DNA of 64,000 bases from an uncultured delta proteobacterium (GTDB lineage Bacteria; Desulfobacterota; Desulfomonilia; UBA1062), in the NCBI GenBank assembly GCA_963752595.1, contig CAVVYZ010000017.1, forward strand, positions 96,001 to 160,000. Direction: 5' to 3'. Below, piece by piece: positions 1-10,520 of the stretch. Positions within the stretch are counted from its first letter, which is position 1, and the number at the start of each line of letters is the position of its first letter. The notes beneath the pieces are model-generated. The model was given only the letters and a program-made list of their open reading frames with translations, was not told where the DNA came from and did not search any database. The position numbers were made by a program, and so were the translations under genes.

Positions 1-229
1 ATGCCCAGACAACCTTGCAGTACAGGGAGATGTTGGGCGTCTCCTCGGGAAAGTCGATCTCGAGGCGGACAACGGAACCCACGGGGAAATCGGCTCCGCA
101 GATGCATACGCCCTCTTCGGAGGCATTGAGGATGGTAACGGGTTTCAGGGTTTCAAAGAGCTCGACGGACCCGCTCAGTTTCGGAAGGCTGATTCTTTCA
201 TATATGCGTTTTTCTTTCTGGTTGCCCAT
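1..229 (-). CDS. PilZ domain protein (3' end runs off the window)
   Basis: Manual minus-strand translation MGNQKEKRIYERISL...ILNASEEGVCI...LYCKVVWA has the RxxxR and NxSxxG c-di-GMP-binding motifs. Not in the ORF track. Confidence 0.8.
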   Translation of the reverse strand, partial: MGNQKEKRIYERISLPKLSGSVELFETLKPVTILNASEEGVCICGADFPVGSVVRLEIDFPEETPNISLYCKVVWA

Positions 230-366
230 AATTTATCCATTACCTTGAAAACACAGTATATGTCAAGAGATGAAAGAGGGTATCTTACTTGCATTCAGCA
301 AAAGCTCAGGCGTAAGATGAAAGTCATGCAGAGGGGCATGATGAAAAAAGGTGAAACGGGACGGGA

Positions 367-1743
367 ATGCGGGGCAAGAACGTTCTCCTGATCAATCCCT
401 GGATCTACGATTTTGCCGCGTACGACATGTGGGCAAAACCCTTGGGGCTGCTGAGCCTGGGAGCGGTTCTTCAGGAGAACGGGTGCAGGGTCTCTTTCAT
501 CGATTGTCTCAAATCGCCCCATCCCTCCATGGGAGGAAAGGCGCCCAAGGTTCATGCCGGAGGGCATGGGAAGTACTATCGTGAGATCATCCCGGCGCCC
601 GGGAAGATCAGCGACATTCCGAGATACTACGGCAGGTACGGAATCAGCCCTGAAGCCTTCATGCACGACCTGGCTTTGGTTCGGAGGCCGGATGCCGTTC
701 TGGTAACCTCCCTCATGACGTACTGGTATCCAGGGGTGTTCGAGGCGATCAGACTCCTCCGGGAAGCTTTTTGCAATGTCCCGATCCTCCTCGGCGGCAT
801 CTACGCAACCCTGTGCCGGGATCATGCCCTGCGATTCTCAGGTGCGGACTACGTCATCAGCCATGAAGGAGAGCTCAAGGTTCTTGAAACGTTGAGACAT
901 ATTTGGGGAACGAGCCCTGAATATATCCCTGACGTGCAGGACCTGGACAGCCTCCCGTATCCGCTCTTCGATCTCGTTGATCCGTTGCGGTATGTCTGCA
1001 TCCAGACATCAAGGGGCTGTCCGTACCGCTGCACCTACTGTGCGGCGCACCTGATTTCATCAGGCATGCGGAGGCGGAATTATGAGCGGGTAGCCGACGA
1101 GATCGGGCACTGGGCAGGGGCGCACGGGGTAACGGATTTTGCCTTCTATGACGACGCCCTGCTTTTCCAGCCCGAAACCTGGGCCTTGCCCATGATGAGA
1201 GAGATAATCAAACGGGGGCTGAAGGTGCGCTTCCACTGCCCCAATGCTCTGCACGCGAGATGCATAACGCAGGAAACCGCTCATGCCATGAAGGAAAGCG
1301 GGTTTGCCACCATCAGGCTAGGGCTGGAGACGAGCGACCCGAAGCGTCAGTCGAGCCTAGGCGCAAAGGTGAACAATAATGATTTCCTCAACGCGGTGGA
1401 GAATCTGACAAAGGCGGGCTTTGATCCTCCGGACATCGGAGCATACATTCTTTGCGGGCTTCCCGGGCAGCACGAACGAGAGGTGCTTGATGCCGTGCAG
1501 TTTGTGAAAAGTACCGGTGCACGGCCTATGATAACAGAGTTTTCTCCGCTGCCCGGCACGAAAGAATGGGCTGATGCGTGCCTGACGAGCAGGTACCCTC
1601 TTGCCGAAGACCCCATCTACCAGAACAATACCCTGCTCCCCTGCGCCTGGGAAGGGCTTACCCTCGAGATGTACCGGGAGATAAAACGGGAAGCAGGAAA
1701 GGGACGAACTCCTGCCTTCGAGGCGGCGGCTGCCGGAAAATGA
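367..1743 (+). CDS. B12-binding radical SAM protein
   Basis: N-terminal LLINP...KPLGLL cobalamin-binding domain; TSRGCPYRCTYC CxxxCxxC motif. Confidence 0.9.
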   Translation: MRGKNVLLINPWIYDFAAYDMWAKPLGLLSLGAVLQENGCRVSFIDCLKSPHPSMGGKAPKVHAGGHGKYYREIIPAPGKISDIPRYYGRYGISPEAFMHDLALVRRPDAVLVTSLMTYWYPGVFEAIRLLREAFCNVPILLGGIYATLCRDHALRFSGADYVISHEGELKVLETLRHIWGTSPEYIPDVQDLDSLPYPLFDLVDPLRYVCIQTSRGCPYRCTYCAAHLISSGMRRRNYERVADEIGHWAGAHGVTDFAFYDDALLFQPETWALPMMREIIKRGLKVRFHCPNALHARCITQETAHAMKESGFATIRLGLETSDPKRQSSLGAKVNNNDFLNAVENLTKAGFDPPDIGAYILCGLPGQHEREVLDAVQFVKSTGARPMITEFSPLPGTKEWADACLTSRYPLAEDPIYQNNTLLPCAWEGLTLEMYREIKREAGKGRTPAFEAAAAGK

Positions 1744-1764
1744 TGCAATGCACAGGAAAGGCTT

Positions 1765-2700
1765 TTATCTCTTCTTTTCTATCCCTTTGATGATCGCGGT
1801 TAGGGTATCGTTGACGGGCGTATAGACAGAAAGCTCGCGGCCATAGCGGGCAATGGCCCCGTTGAGGGCATCGATCTCCGTCAGGCGGCCCTTTTCCATA
1901 TCCTGGAGCATGGAGGAACGGTGTGTAGCCGTTGGGGGGAGCTGATTCTCGAGGAGGAACCGGTAGTAGTCATCCGGGCATGCATACGCCATGGAAACTC
2001 CTTTGGCTTCGGCCACGGCAAAGATCTCATCGATGATCCTGTGCATGGTTTCGCGCACCTCGGGAACCTCGCCAAGGTGTCCGTAAGGGACGTTCAGGAT
2101 CGCGCCCAGCGCGTTCAGAGAGCAGTTATAGAGAACCTTTCCCCACAGGGATGATTCGATGCGGTCGCTCACCGCGGTGGGAATGCCCGCGTCATTGAAG
2201 TCATCGCATACCCGTTGTATCCTGTCGGTTGAGACGTCGCCCGTAGGGCTGCCCACAAGGACCTTGTCCGCATAGACCGTGACACGTGCTACCCCCGGTT
2301 CTTCTATCTCGGCCCCGAATATCACCCGTGCTCCCACGGTCCTGTTCCATCCGATGGCCTCGGCAATCGCTTCCCAGTTTCCCAGGCCGTTCTGGATGGA
2401 AAACACCAGGGTATCCTCGCGCATGAACGGACACGCCTGCCGGATAACAGATGCGGTATTATAAGACTTTACACTCAGGAGGATCACATCGAAGGTCCCG
2501 CTCAGGCCCTCGGTACCGTAAAAAGCGCAAGCATGAGGAATCTTATGCTCTCCCCAGAGCCCCCGGATGAGAAGGCCTTTTCGCTGTATGGCCTTTACGT
2601 GATCGTCGAGGCCCACGAAGGATACCTTGCGGCCTTTTTCCGCCAGAAGTCCTCCGAAAACGCTCCCCAGGGCGCCTGCGCCCATGACGAGGTAATTCAT
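1765..2700 (-). CDS. panE: 2-dehydropantoate 2-reductase (ketopantoate reductase)
   Basis: MNYLVMGAGALG Rossmann start, VKSY, QNG, WGKVLYN, SSMLQD...TEIDALNG; start overlaps the upstream stop. Confidence 0.9.
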   Translation of the reverse strand: MNYLVMGAGALGSVFGGLLAEKGRKVSFVGLDDHVKAIQRKGLLIRGLWGEHKIPHACAFYGTEGLSGTFDVILLSVKSYNTASVIRQACPFMREDTLVFSIQNGLGNWEAIAEAIGWNRTVGARVIFGAEIEEPGVARVTVYADKVLVGSPTGDVSTDRIQRVCDDFNDAGIPTAVSDRIESSLWGKVLYNCSLNALGAILNVPYGHLGEVPEVRETMHRIIDEIFAVAEAKGVSMAYACPDDYYRFLLENQLPPTATHRSSMLQDMEKGRLTEIDALNGAIARYGRELSVYTPVNDTLTAIIKGIEKKR

Positions 2701-4166
2701 AGATTCATGCCTCCGGCGTTTTTTTCGAGGGACTCGCCCGATAAGGCGCACGGGGCGGCCTGCAACTCTTCATGGATACTGTTCCATCGCAGGATCCCGC
2801 TGATGGATGTAATGGCATCCTGCGGGGTGCTGAAGACCGCCATGCCCGCCTTCCGGAATATCTCCGTGAGCTTGATGCGCACGTTTTCTAAATCGATGAT
2901 ATTCTCAGTGAACCGAGAGAGTATGGGAACGATGGGTTTATTGCTGTTCCGGGATGCCTCGACTATCGCATATGGCCCGCTTTCCAGCTGGTCGCTCTGG
3001 AAGGAGGTAATGAAATCGAGGGAGAAGTAGGGGATGATGACATCCACATTTTCATCCTGTGCCATGGCCTCGATCGTATGCGCCATGATGTGGAAGTCGA
3101 AACCATAAAAGCCCAGGTCTACGGGGTTTGTGGTGCTCGTATTCACGTTGCTGATTTTCTGGCTGATGATTGCTTGTGTATCCTTCCGGAGTTCAGGAAG
3201 CACCAGACCCTTCCTCGTTGCGATGTCGGTGAAGAGCACGGACGTTCCTCCGCCGGCGCCGAGAAAGCCGAGTCTGTTTCCGGAGGGGAGCTTGTCGGAA
3301 ACGGCCATCATGGTGAGATCCACCAGGTGTTCGAAATTATAGGCCTCGACTCCTCCGTACTGCCTCATCATGGCCGACCACACATCATTCCGTACCGCGA
3401 GTGCGCCGGTATGGGAAGCAGCGGCGCGTGCCCCGTACTCGGTGGTGCCTCCCTTGAGGATGATCACAGGCTTTTTGGGAGTCGTCATGCTCAGGGCTTT
3501 CATGAAGCGCCTGATGTCCTTAATATCCTCGATGTAAGCGGCAACAGCCTTGATGGTATCGTCGCCTGCGAAGAATTCGAGATAATCTTCGACCTTGAGG
3601 TCGATCTGGTTGCCATAGGAGACGATCTTGTTGATCTCGATATAGCGCGAATGGGCCATACGCATGAAGTTATGGGTCATGCCTCCGGACTGGCCCAGGA
3701 AAGCCACGTTTCCGACTCCTTTTATGGGTGACTTGGGAAGGTCGCAGGTGATGCCTGCCTCGGTACAGTGAATGCCGATGCAGTTGGGGCCGATGATTCG
3801 TGTTCCCCCGGCTTTTGCCGCATCGAGCATATCATGCTCGAGATCGTAATTCCCCACCTCGGAGAAGCCGGAGGTGAAAAAATGCAGGAAGCTGACCTTG
3901 TTTCGGGCTGCTGCCTCGACGGTCTCGAGCGCCAGTTTGGCAGGGACAGAGGCAATGGCAAGGTCGATGGGCTCAGGAAGATCGTCCAGGGATGCATAGA
4001 CCTTCTCGCCGTTTATCTCCTGATACTTCGGGTTTACCGGATAGATACGGCCGCGGTACCCGGCAAGCTTGATGAGCTGGTAGTAGGGGAGCTTCCCTCC
4101 GCCGAGGTTCGGCGATGCCCCGATAATTGCAATGCTTTTCGGATAAAAGAGTCTTTTGAGATCCAT
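2697..4166 (-). CDS. ADP-forming acyl-CoA synthetase alpha-type subunit (CoA-binding protein)
   Basis: PKSIAIIGAS, IIGPNCIG, QSGG, SYGNQID, AASHTGAL (phospho-His), NPVDL. Confidence 0.88.
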   Translation of the reverse strand: MDLKRLFYPKSIAIIGASPNLGGGKLPYYQLIKLAGYRGRIYPVNPKYQEINGEKVYASLDDLPEPIDLAIASVPAKLALETVEAAARNKVSFLHFFTSGFSEVGNYDLEHDMLDAAKAGGTRIIGPNCIGIHCTEAGITCDLPKSPIKGVGNVAFLGQSGGMTHNFMRMAHSRYIEINKIVSYGNQIDLKVEDYLEFFAGDDTIKAVAAYIEDIKDIRRFMKALSMTTPKKPVIILKGGTTEYGARAAASHTGALAVRNDVWSAMMRQYGGVEAYNFEHLVDLTMMAVSDKLPSGNRLGFLGAGGGTSVLFTDIATRKGLVLPELRKDTQAIISQKISNVNTSTTNPVDLGFYGFDFHIMAHTIEAMAQDENVDVIIPYFSLDFITSFQSDQLESGPYAIVEASRNSNKPIVPILSRFTENIIDLENVRIKLTEIFRKAGMAVFSTPQDAITSISGILRWNSIHEELQAAPCALSGESLEKNAGGMNL

Positions 4167-4449
4167 ATCGATGCCCGTCCTTAATTCACAGTGTGTGTTA
4201 TTATCCTATCATAATACAAACAAAATTAAAAAGATGATTTTACATGCCCTTATAAGTGCCTTCGGGATATATCAATAAACCACCTTCCTCGATTTATCAA
4301 GAAATGATGTTTCGCTTCCCGATTATTTCTCCCGGAGGCAAAGCCGTGTTCGGCAAGGGGTTATGAAAGAACCGGGCTTTGGAACCAAAGGAATGACGAG
4401 GACAAAGAATGGCTTGAAACTTATCGAGTTTACGATTAAATTTGAAAAG

Positions 4450-5088
4450 ATGGGAACTATACCGGTTTTTTTCCACGCTATCCGCATCGATATGCCTGCC
4501 CGCGCCGTTTACCGGCGACTCGGCTATCAGAAAGGGAAGACGGAGATCACCCGGGAGCAGCGCTCGGAGATCGAAGCAACCTTAGGCGATGCGGTATCCC
4601 TCGTCGAGCTGAAGGGATCCGCGGTTCTGATCCCTGTCAGGGAGCAGGGTGCAGGGCAGATCCTTCTGGATACAGGCGAGCTTCTCAAAAGCGCATCCCT
4701 CTTAAGGATGCTCGAAGGATCGACCGAGCTCCTCCTCATGGGAGCAACGGCCGGAAACAGGGTTATGCAGGAGATCAGCCGGGATTCGAAAAGCGGTAAC
4801 CTGACCCGTGCGATTTTGCTCGATGCAGTGGCGAGCGAGATGACCGATAAAGCCCTTGACTGGATAGCAGAGCACATGGGCAGGGAATTGAGGCGGCAGG
4901 GAAAAGGAATCACGCACAGCCGGTTCTCCGCAGGGTACGGGGATTTTGAACTGGAGAACCAGAAGATCATGTACGAGCGTTTGCAGCTTCAGGAGATCGG
5001 GGTGAAGATAACGGACTCATGCGTCCTCGTGCCGGAGAAGTCGGTTACGGCGGTTGCAGGCGTCCGTGTCGGCGAATTCGAGCGATAG
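4450..5088 (+). CDS. stand-alone methionine synthase activation (SAM-binding) domain
   Basis: LLDAVASE, RFSAGYGDF, LVPEKSVTAVAG; directly upstream of a MetH lacking this domain; start uncertain (4363 or 4450). Confidence 0.85.
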   Translation: MGTIPVFFHAIRIDMPARAVYRRLGYQKGKTEITREQRSEIEATLGDAVSLVELKGSAVLIPVREQGAGQILLDTGELLKSASLLRMLEGSTELLLMGATAGNRVMQEISRDSKSGNLTRAILLDAVASEMTDKALDWIAEHMGRELRRQGKGITHSRFSAGYGDFELENQKIMYERLQLQEIGVKITDSCVLVPEKSVTAVAGVRVGEFER

Positions 5089-5100
5089 AACGGGGGATTT

Positions 5101-7539
5101 TTGAAGAAAAAAGATGAAATACTGGCCAGGGCCTCTTCACGGCTCGTAATCCTCGACGGGGCGACCGGGACGCAGCTGCAGGCACGGGGCATGCCGGGAG
5201 GCGTATGCCCGGAACTGTGGTGCCTCCAGAATCCGGAATCCATCAAGGCGGCTCACAAGGAATACCTCCAGGCAGGGTCCGAGGTAATCTATACCTGCAC
5301 CTTCGGAGCCAGCCGGTTCAAGCTCTTTGAGTATGGGGAATGCGATGTGCGCGAGGTCAACAGGGACCTGGCCCGGATCGCACGCCAGGCGGCAGGAGAT
5401 ACCTTTCTCGTCGCCGGAGACATAGGCCCTACCGGGAGATTCATCGAGCCTTTCGGCGATGTGGGGTTCGAGGAAGCTGTCCACGCATTCAAGGAACAGA
5501 TTCGAGGGCTTCTGGACGGAGGCGTAGATCTCTTCGTGATCGAGACCATGGTGGATATCCAGGAGGCCAGGGCTGCCCTCATAGCCGTGCGTGAGCTCAC
5601 CGATGTCTTTACCATGGTCACCATGACTTTTGAACCGAACGGGCGCACCCTGAACGGGACTGATCCCCTTTCGGCGCTGATCACGCTGCAGTCATTGGGT
5701 GCCGATGCAGTAGGGTGCAACTGCTCGACAGGTCCGGAAGAAATGCTCCCCCTGATCAGGGCCATTGAACCCTATGCGAAGGTCCCTCTCGTGGCCAAGC
5801 CCAATGCAGGACTGCCGGTCCTGGAAAACGGCAAGACCGTCTTCCCCATGTCTCCGGAAGAATTTTCCGGATATGCAGGGGAGTTTACGGCTTCGGGGGT
5901 GAGATTCCTCGGCGGGTGCTGCGGTACGACCCCCGCCCATATCATGGCATTGCGAGAAAGGACCGCAGGGCTTACCTTCCACGAAAGGACCGCTGCCATA
6001 TCAGGGGCTGTGAGTTCTGCGCGGAAGACCGTTCTCCTCAAGACCGACGGCCCTCTCATCGTTATTGGTGAGCGGATCAACCCGACCGGGAAAAAGGACA
6101 TGCAGGCAGAGCTCCTCGATGGCAGAATGTCTCTGGTGAAAAGGTTTGCCCAAGAGCAGACGAAGAACGGAGCGGACCTTCTCGACGTGAATGTGGGCAT
6201 GCCGGGCATCGATGAGCCCGAAATGCTTAAGCAGGTGGTAAAAGTTCTCTCGGTATCGACAGACTCCCCGCTCTGCCTCGATTCTTCCATCCCGGAGGCC
6301 ATCGAGGGAGCGTTGCGGGTCTACCCCGGCCGCGCACTCATCAATTCGATATCGGGTGAAGAGCAGAAGCTCGATAAGCTTCTCGATATCGCTGCCCGCT
6401 ATGGCGCCATGTTCATCCTGCTGCCGCTCACGGGCAAGAAGCTGCCCAAAACCTCGGTTGAGCGTCAGAAGATCGTCGAGAACATCTATGCAAAGGCAAC
6501 CGCCTACGGGTTCACCAAGAATGATATCGTAGTGGATGCACTGACCATGGCTGTCTCCGCCGAAGGCCGCGCAGCCCTGGAAACCCTTGCCACAACAAGA
6601 TGGTGCGCTTCCGAATTCGGGGTGAGGACCGTGATGGGGCTGTCGAATGTCTCTTTCGGCCTGCCTGAGCGGAAATGGATCAATGCATCGTTTTTGGCAA
6701 TGGCCTCCTCAAGCGGCCTCACCCTTGCCATTGCCAATCCAATGAGTGAGGAGTTCATGCATATCAAGCGGGCTTCCGATGTGCTCATGAACCGCGATCC
6801 TGAGGCAAGGGCTTTTATTGCCCATGCAGCCGGGCTTCCGGCGAGGGAAAGCCCGGCGAAACCGGGCGGGGCATCAGGAAAACCGGTCTCCCAGGGAGGG
6901 TCTCCGATGGAGAAAGTCCATCAGGCAATTCTCGACGGCTCCCGGAGCGAGATCGCCGATCTCATAGACCAGGCGCTGGCCACAGGCATCCCCGCCCAGA
7001 AACTCATCGACGATTTCATGGTCACCGCCATCAGGGAGGTGGGAATCCGCTATGAGAAAAAGACGTATTTTCTGCCGCAGCTCATTGCCAGTGCCGAAGC
7101 CATGCAAAAGGGATTCGAGCACCTGGAACCGCAGCTCAAGCGTGATAATTCGTATCCGGCAAGGAAAGGGACGATCCTGCTGGCTACGGTGCAGGGAGAC
7201 ATCCACGATATCGGGAAGAACATCGTCTCTTTGATGATGAAGAATGACGGGTTTGAGGTGATCGATCTCGGAAAGGATGTCCCCAATGAGGAGGTCCTCG
7301 ATGCAGCCCTTCTCCATAAGCCGCATATCATAGGACTCTCGGCCCTTATGACCACCACTATGGTTCGCATGAAAGACGTGATTGCCAAAGCCAGGGAAGC
7401 CGGTCTGGAATGTCCCTTCCTCGCAGGCGGAGCGGTCGTGACAAAGGCCTATGCGGATTCCATCGGGGCACACTATGCAAAGGACGGGGTAGAGGCCGTA
7501 AAGCTTGCGCAATCTCTCATAAAGCAGGGGAAGGGCTGA
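5101..7539 (+). CDS. metH: cobalamin-dependent methionine synthase (Hcy-, folate- and B12-binding domains)
   Basis: LDGATGT, GCNCS, GGCCGTTP, IGERINPTG, GDIHDIGKNIV, SALMTTT. Confidence 0.93.
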   Translation: MKKKDEILARASSRLVILDGATGTQLQARGMPGGVCPELWCLQNPESIKAAHKEYLQAGSEVIYTCTFGASRFKLFEYGECDVREVNRDLARIARQAAGDTFLVAGDIGPTGRFIEPFGDVGFEEAVHAFKEQIRGLLDGGVDLFVIETMVDIQEARAALIAVRELTDVFTMVTMTFEPNGRTLNGTDPLSALITLQSLGADAVGCNCSTGPEEMLPLIRAIEPYAKVPLVAKPNAGLPVLENGKTVFPMSPEEFSGYAGEFTASGVRFLGGCCGTTPAHIMALRERTAGLTFHERTAAISGAVSSARKTVLLKTDGPLIVIGERINPTGKKDMQAELLDGRMSLVKRFAQEQTKNGADLLDVNVGMPGIDEPEMLKQVVKVLSVSTDSPLCLDSSIPEAIEGALRVYPGRALINSISGEEQKLDKLLDIAARYGAMFILLPLTGKKLPKTSVERQKIVENIYAKATAYGFTKNDIVVDALTMAVSAEGRAALETLATTRWCASEFGVRTVMGLSNVSFGLPERKWINASFLAMASSSGLTLAIANPMSEEFMHIKRASDVLMNRDPEARAFIAHAAGLPARESPAKPGGASGKPVSQGGSPMEKVHQAILDGSRSEIADLIDQALATGIPAQKLIDDFMVTAIREVGIRYEKKTYFLPQLIASAEAMQKGFEHLEPQLKRDNSYPARKGTILLATVQGDIHDIGKNIVSLMMKNDGFEVIDLGKDVPNEEVLDAALLHKPHIIGLSALMTTTMVRMKDVIAKAREAGLECPFLAGGAVVTKAYADSIGAHYAKDGVEAVKLAQSLIKQGKG

Positions 7540-7540
7540 A

Positions 7541-8062
7541 TTATTTTTTCTTGAGCATCTTTTCCAGGCGGCTTCCCGGATCGTTGCACATCCAGCAGGT
7601 AATGTTTCCGTCCTTGTCCACGATCACCTTTGTCGGTACGCCCCTGACCCCGTAGCTCGTGGCTACTTTCCCCTCGGTATCGAGGAGAATCGTATACGGG
7701 AGCGCGTGCTTCTCCGCGAAAGACGAGACCTTTTTCCGGCTTTCCTGGAGATAGACGGATATGAACTCGAAATCGGACCCTTTAAAGCGTTCATGGAATT
7801 TCTTGAGATTGGGGATGTCCTTCAGGCACCACGGGCACCAGGTTGTGGTGAAGTTCAACAGGATCACCTTTCCCCGGTACTGGCTCAGCTTGTGAGTCTT
7901 CCCTGAAAGATCCTGCAACGCGAAATCCGGCGCAGGGATGGCATAAATACCTGTTTTCTTGTCGCCCGAGCCTGCTTTCGAAGAGGTTTTATCTTCGCAG
8001 GAAGCGAAGGGAAGCGCCAGAAAGAATATCAACACCGAACAAATAAGTATCCGTCGAACCAT
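7541..8062 (-). CDS. exported TlpA/ResA-family thiol-disulfide oxidoreductase
   Basis: Signal or lipoprotein-like N-terminus, APDFALQDL, TWCPWC, GVRGVP. Confidence 0.88.
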   Translation of the reverse strand: MVRRILICSVLIFFLALPFASCEDKTSSKAGSGDKKTGIYAIPAPDFALQDLSGKTHKLSQYRGKVILLNFTTTWCPWCLKDIPNLKKFHERFKGSDFEFISVYLQESRKKVSSFAEKHALPYTILLDTEGKVATSYGVRGVPTKVIVDKDGNITCWMCNDPGSRLEKMLKKK

Positions 8063-8076
8063 TCCTATTCTCCTGT

Positions 8077-8784
8077 TTAGACCATTAACTGTCCTGCTTT
8101 GATGAGGAAGTATTCTCCCATGGCTATCAATCCCCAGCCGAATGCTTTCTGCACCGTTACCATCCATCGGCCTGCTTTCGGGAGATTTGCGAGCAGGCTG
8201 CTGAATGAGCCCAGAACTATGAGGATCAAGCCCATACCAAAGGAAAAAGCAAAAAGCAGGCTTATACCGAAAAGAACATTTTGTTTCGCTGCAACGAAGC
8301 TCAAAAGGACCCCGAGCACCGGGGCTGTGCAGGGACCGAGGACAAGGCCTATACCCGCCCCGACGATAAAGGCGCCGAAGAAGCCTTTGAGAGGTCTGTT
8401 CGATCCTAGGGTAAGCGATCTCGGCAGCGGCAGGGTGAATACCCCGATCATCGATAGTCCCATGAGAATGGTTATATTTGCCACCACGAAATATGTCCAG
8501 GGGTTTGTCTGGATCCGGCCGAAGAGCTGTCCTGTAAGGGCTGCCGCAGAGCCGAGTACTGTATAGGTCAGAGAGGTCCCCAGAACATAGAACAAAGAGA
8601 GGGTAAACCCCTTGGTTTTTGATCCGGCACTTTGAGTTGCGATGTAGGCGACCGTAATCGGGATCACGGGATAGATGCAGGGGGTAAAGCTCACGAAAAT
8701 ACCGCTGAGATACGCAGCAACGTATGCCATGAGATAAGAGCCGCTCAGGTAGGTTTCAAAATTGGCAAATAGATCGATGTTCAT
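8077..8784 (-). CDS. ccdA: CcdA/DsbD-beta transmembrane electron transporter
   Basis: SFTPCIYPVIP and LGPCTAP motifs; about 6 hydrophobic segments. Confidence 0.88.
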   Translation of the reverse strand: MNIDLFANFETYLSGSYLMAYVAAYLSGIFVSFTPCIYPVIPITVAYIATQSAGSKTKGFTLSLFYVLGTSLTYTVLGSAAALTGQLFGRIQTNPWTYFVVANITILMGLSMIGVFTLPLPRSLTLGSNRPLKGFFGAFIVGAGIGLVLGPCTAPVLGVLLSFVAAKQNVLFGISLLFAFSFGMGLILIVLGSFSSLLANLPKAGRWMVTVQKAFGWGLIAMGEYFLIKAGQLMV

Positions 8785-9092
8785 AGGTTCTCTTTCAGTG
8801 CACGAAGTATCGATGCATCCGAGACCGCTCCCTGAAATCGTTTTACGACAACGCCGTTCTGGAAGATTAATACCGCAGGGACGCTGAAAATCCGAAGGTT
8901 TGCGGCTACGGAAGGTTGTGTGCTGATATCACAGATACCGAATGTTACGCGATTATTGAATTCGTGGGATATCGTCTCCAGGGATAGCGCGATCTTTTTG
9001 CATGATGCGCACCAGGGGGAGGAAAACGTAATGATCGCCAGCTGCTCCTGAGTAAGTTCCTGGAAGTTGGCCTCGGTGACTTCTCTCATCAA
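8781..9092 (-). CDS. thioredoxin family protein
   Basis: WCASC, IFSVP; 103 aa. Confidence 0.85.
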   Translation of the reverse strand: MMREVTEANFQELTQEQLAIITFSSPWCASCKKIALSLETISHEFNNRVTFGICDISTQPSVAANLRIFSVPAVLIFQNGVVVKRFQGAVSDASILRALKENL

Positions 9093-9302
9093 TACTTCCT
9101 GTTTTTGTTTTATACTAAAGTATTTCGGTGAATATTACCACGCACTTTTCTTGCCTTCTCTTGAGGATCGAGGGCAGCACTTATTTTAGCACAGGTCTCC
9201 TTTTTGTGAAGTGGTTGAGATTCCTTGAAAAAAATCGTGCCCAATGCAATTATTTACTTATAAAGGCCATGATTATTCTTAGTGCTTAGCCTGATAAAAA
9301 GA

Positions 9303-9339
9303 TTGACATAAGTTGTCATTATTAGTAATGATTATTATT
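9303..9339 (+). promoter_or_regulatory. sigma70 -35 (TTGACA 9303-9308) with a Fur/PerR-type near-palindrome ATTAGTAAT-G-ATTATTATT (9321-9339)
   Basis: AT-rich 9-1-9 inverted repeat (7 of 9 pairs) over the -10 region, upstream of a Fur-family gene. Confidence 0.55.
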
Positions 9340-9398
9340 CTTGATTGGTACGGATATCTTCTGTCCAGGATTCATCCCAGGCGTCTAAAGGAGGGAAT

Positions 9399-9806
9399 GT
9401 GGCCGGTAAAAAATTCAGGATGACCGATCAACGTCGTATAATTCTTGAAGAATTGGAAAAAAAACATGAGCACCCGAATGCTTCCGATGTCTATGAACGG
9501 GTCAAAAAGCGGCTGCCCCATATCAGCCTCGGAACCGTATACAGAAATCTTGAAATCCTCTCTTCAGAAGGAATGGTGAAACGGATCGACGTGCCGTCAG
9601 GGCAGAGGAGGTTCGATGCCGGAACGCATGAACACAGTCATATCCGTTGCATATCCTGCGGCAAGGTAGATGATGTCCCCATGAGTTCGGATATCAGGCT
9701 CAAACCTGTTATTGCACAGGCGAGCAGTACAAGCGGATATCAGCAGACAGGCTGCACCATTGATTTTTTCGGGATTTGTCCTGACTGTGCGGGGGAAAAA
9801 CATTAG
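9399..9806 (+). CDS. perR: Fur-family transcriptional repressor, PerR-like
   Basis: MTDQRRII, HPNA, SLGTVYRNL, HxH, CISC and CPDC; GTG start after AAGGAGG; precedes rubrerythrin. Confidence 0.8.
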   Translation: MAGKKFRMTDQRRIILEELEKKHEHPNASDVYERVKKRLPHISLGTVYRNLEILSSEGMVKRIDVPSGQRRFDAGTHEHSHIRCISCGKVDDVPMSSDIRLKPVIAQASSTSGYQQTGCTIDFFGICPDCAGEKH

Positions 9807-9865
9807 ACGTTTTTCGGGGAAGCTTTATAACAAGAACACGAAGGTATATTGGAAAGGAGGAATAC

Positions 9866-10441
9866 ATGGGAAATTTGAAAGGGACTCAGACAGAGAAGAA
9901 TCTCATCGGATCGTTTGCAGGGGAATCTCAAGCGCGTAATCGGTACACATATTTTGCCGGGCAGGCCCGCAAAGATGGATTAGTCCAGATTGCCGACATC
10001 TTCGAAGAGACGGCGAATCAGGAAAAGGAGCATGCAAAGAGGTTCTTCAAGTTCCTTGAAGGAGGAGATGTCGAAGTTGTAGCAAGCTTCCCGGCAGGTG
10101 TGATCGGAAGCACTCTGGAAAATTTGCAGGCCGCGGCGGCAGGGGAAAACCACGAACATACCTCGTTGTATCCCGGCTTCGCGAAGATAGCGCGCGCGGA
10201 AGGTTTTGAAGCGATGGCCAAAGTGTGGGAAGCCATATCGATTGCGGAAAAGCAGCATGAGAAGCGGTACCGGGACCTGGCGGCAAATATCGCAGCAGGG
10301 CGCGTCTTCACGAGGGATACCCAAGTGGTGTGGAGATGCAGAAACTGCGGATACCTTCACGAAGGGAACGAGGCGCCGGGAGGATGCCCTGCGTGCGCTC
10401 ATCCGAAGGACTACTTCGAGCTTCTGGGCGAAAACTGGTAA
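9866..10441 (+). CDS. rbr: rubrerythrin
   Basis: FAGESQARNRY, EKEH, EKQH, WRCRNCGY...CPACAHP. Confidence 0.96.
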   Translation: MGNLKGTQTEKNLIGSFAGESQARNRYTYFAGQARKDGLVQIADIFEETANQEKEHAKRFFKFLEGGDVEVVASFPAGVIGSTLENLQAAAAGENHEHTSLYPGFAKIARAEGFEAMAKVWEAISIAEKQHEKRYRDLAANIAAGRVFTRDTQVVWRCRNCGYLHEGNEAPGGCPACAHPKDYFELLGENW

Positions 10442-10520
10442 GATGTAAACCCGATGTCCCGGTCTGTGAGGATTCCCGGCAAGCCTTCAAGGGAGCATCA
10501 CTGACCGGGATTGTGCTGGT

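Noticed and set aside
4185-4449. SAM-I or cobalamin riboswitch upstream of the met genes
   Set aside because: Only TTATCAAGA resembles the SAM-I start; the GCAACC/GGTGC core and the B12 box are absent
4450-7539. Split methionine synthase as a novelty
   Set aside because: A separate activation domain is established in Thermotoga and many anaerobes
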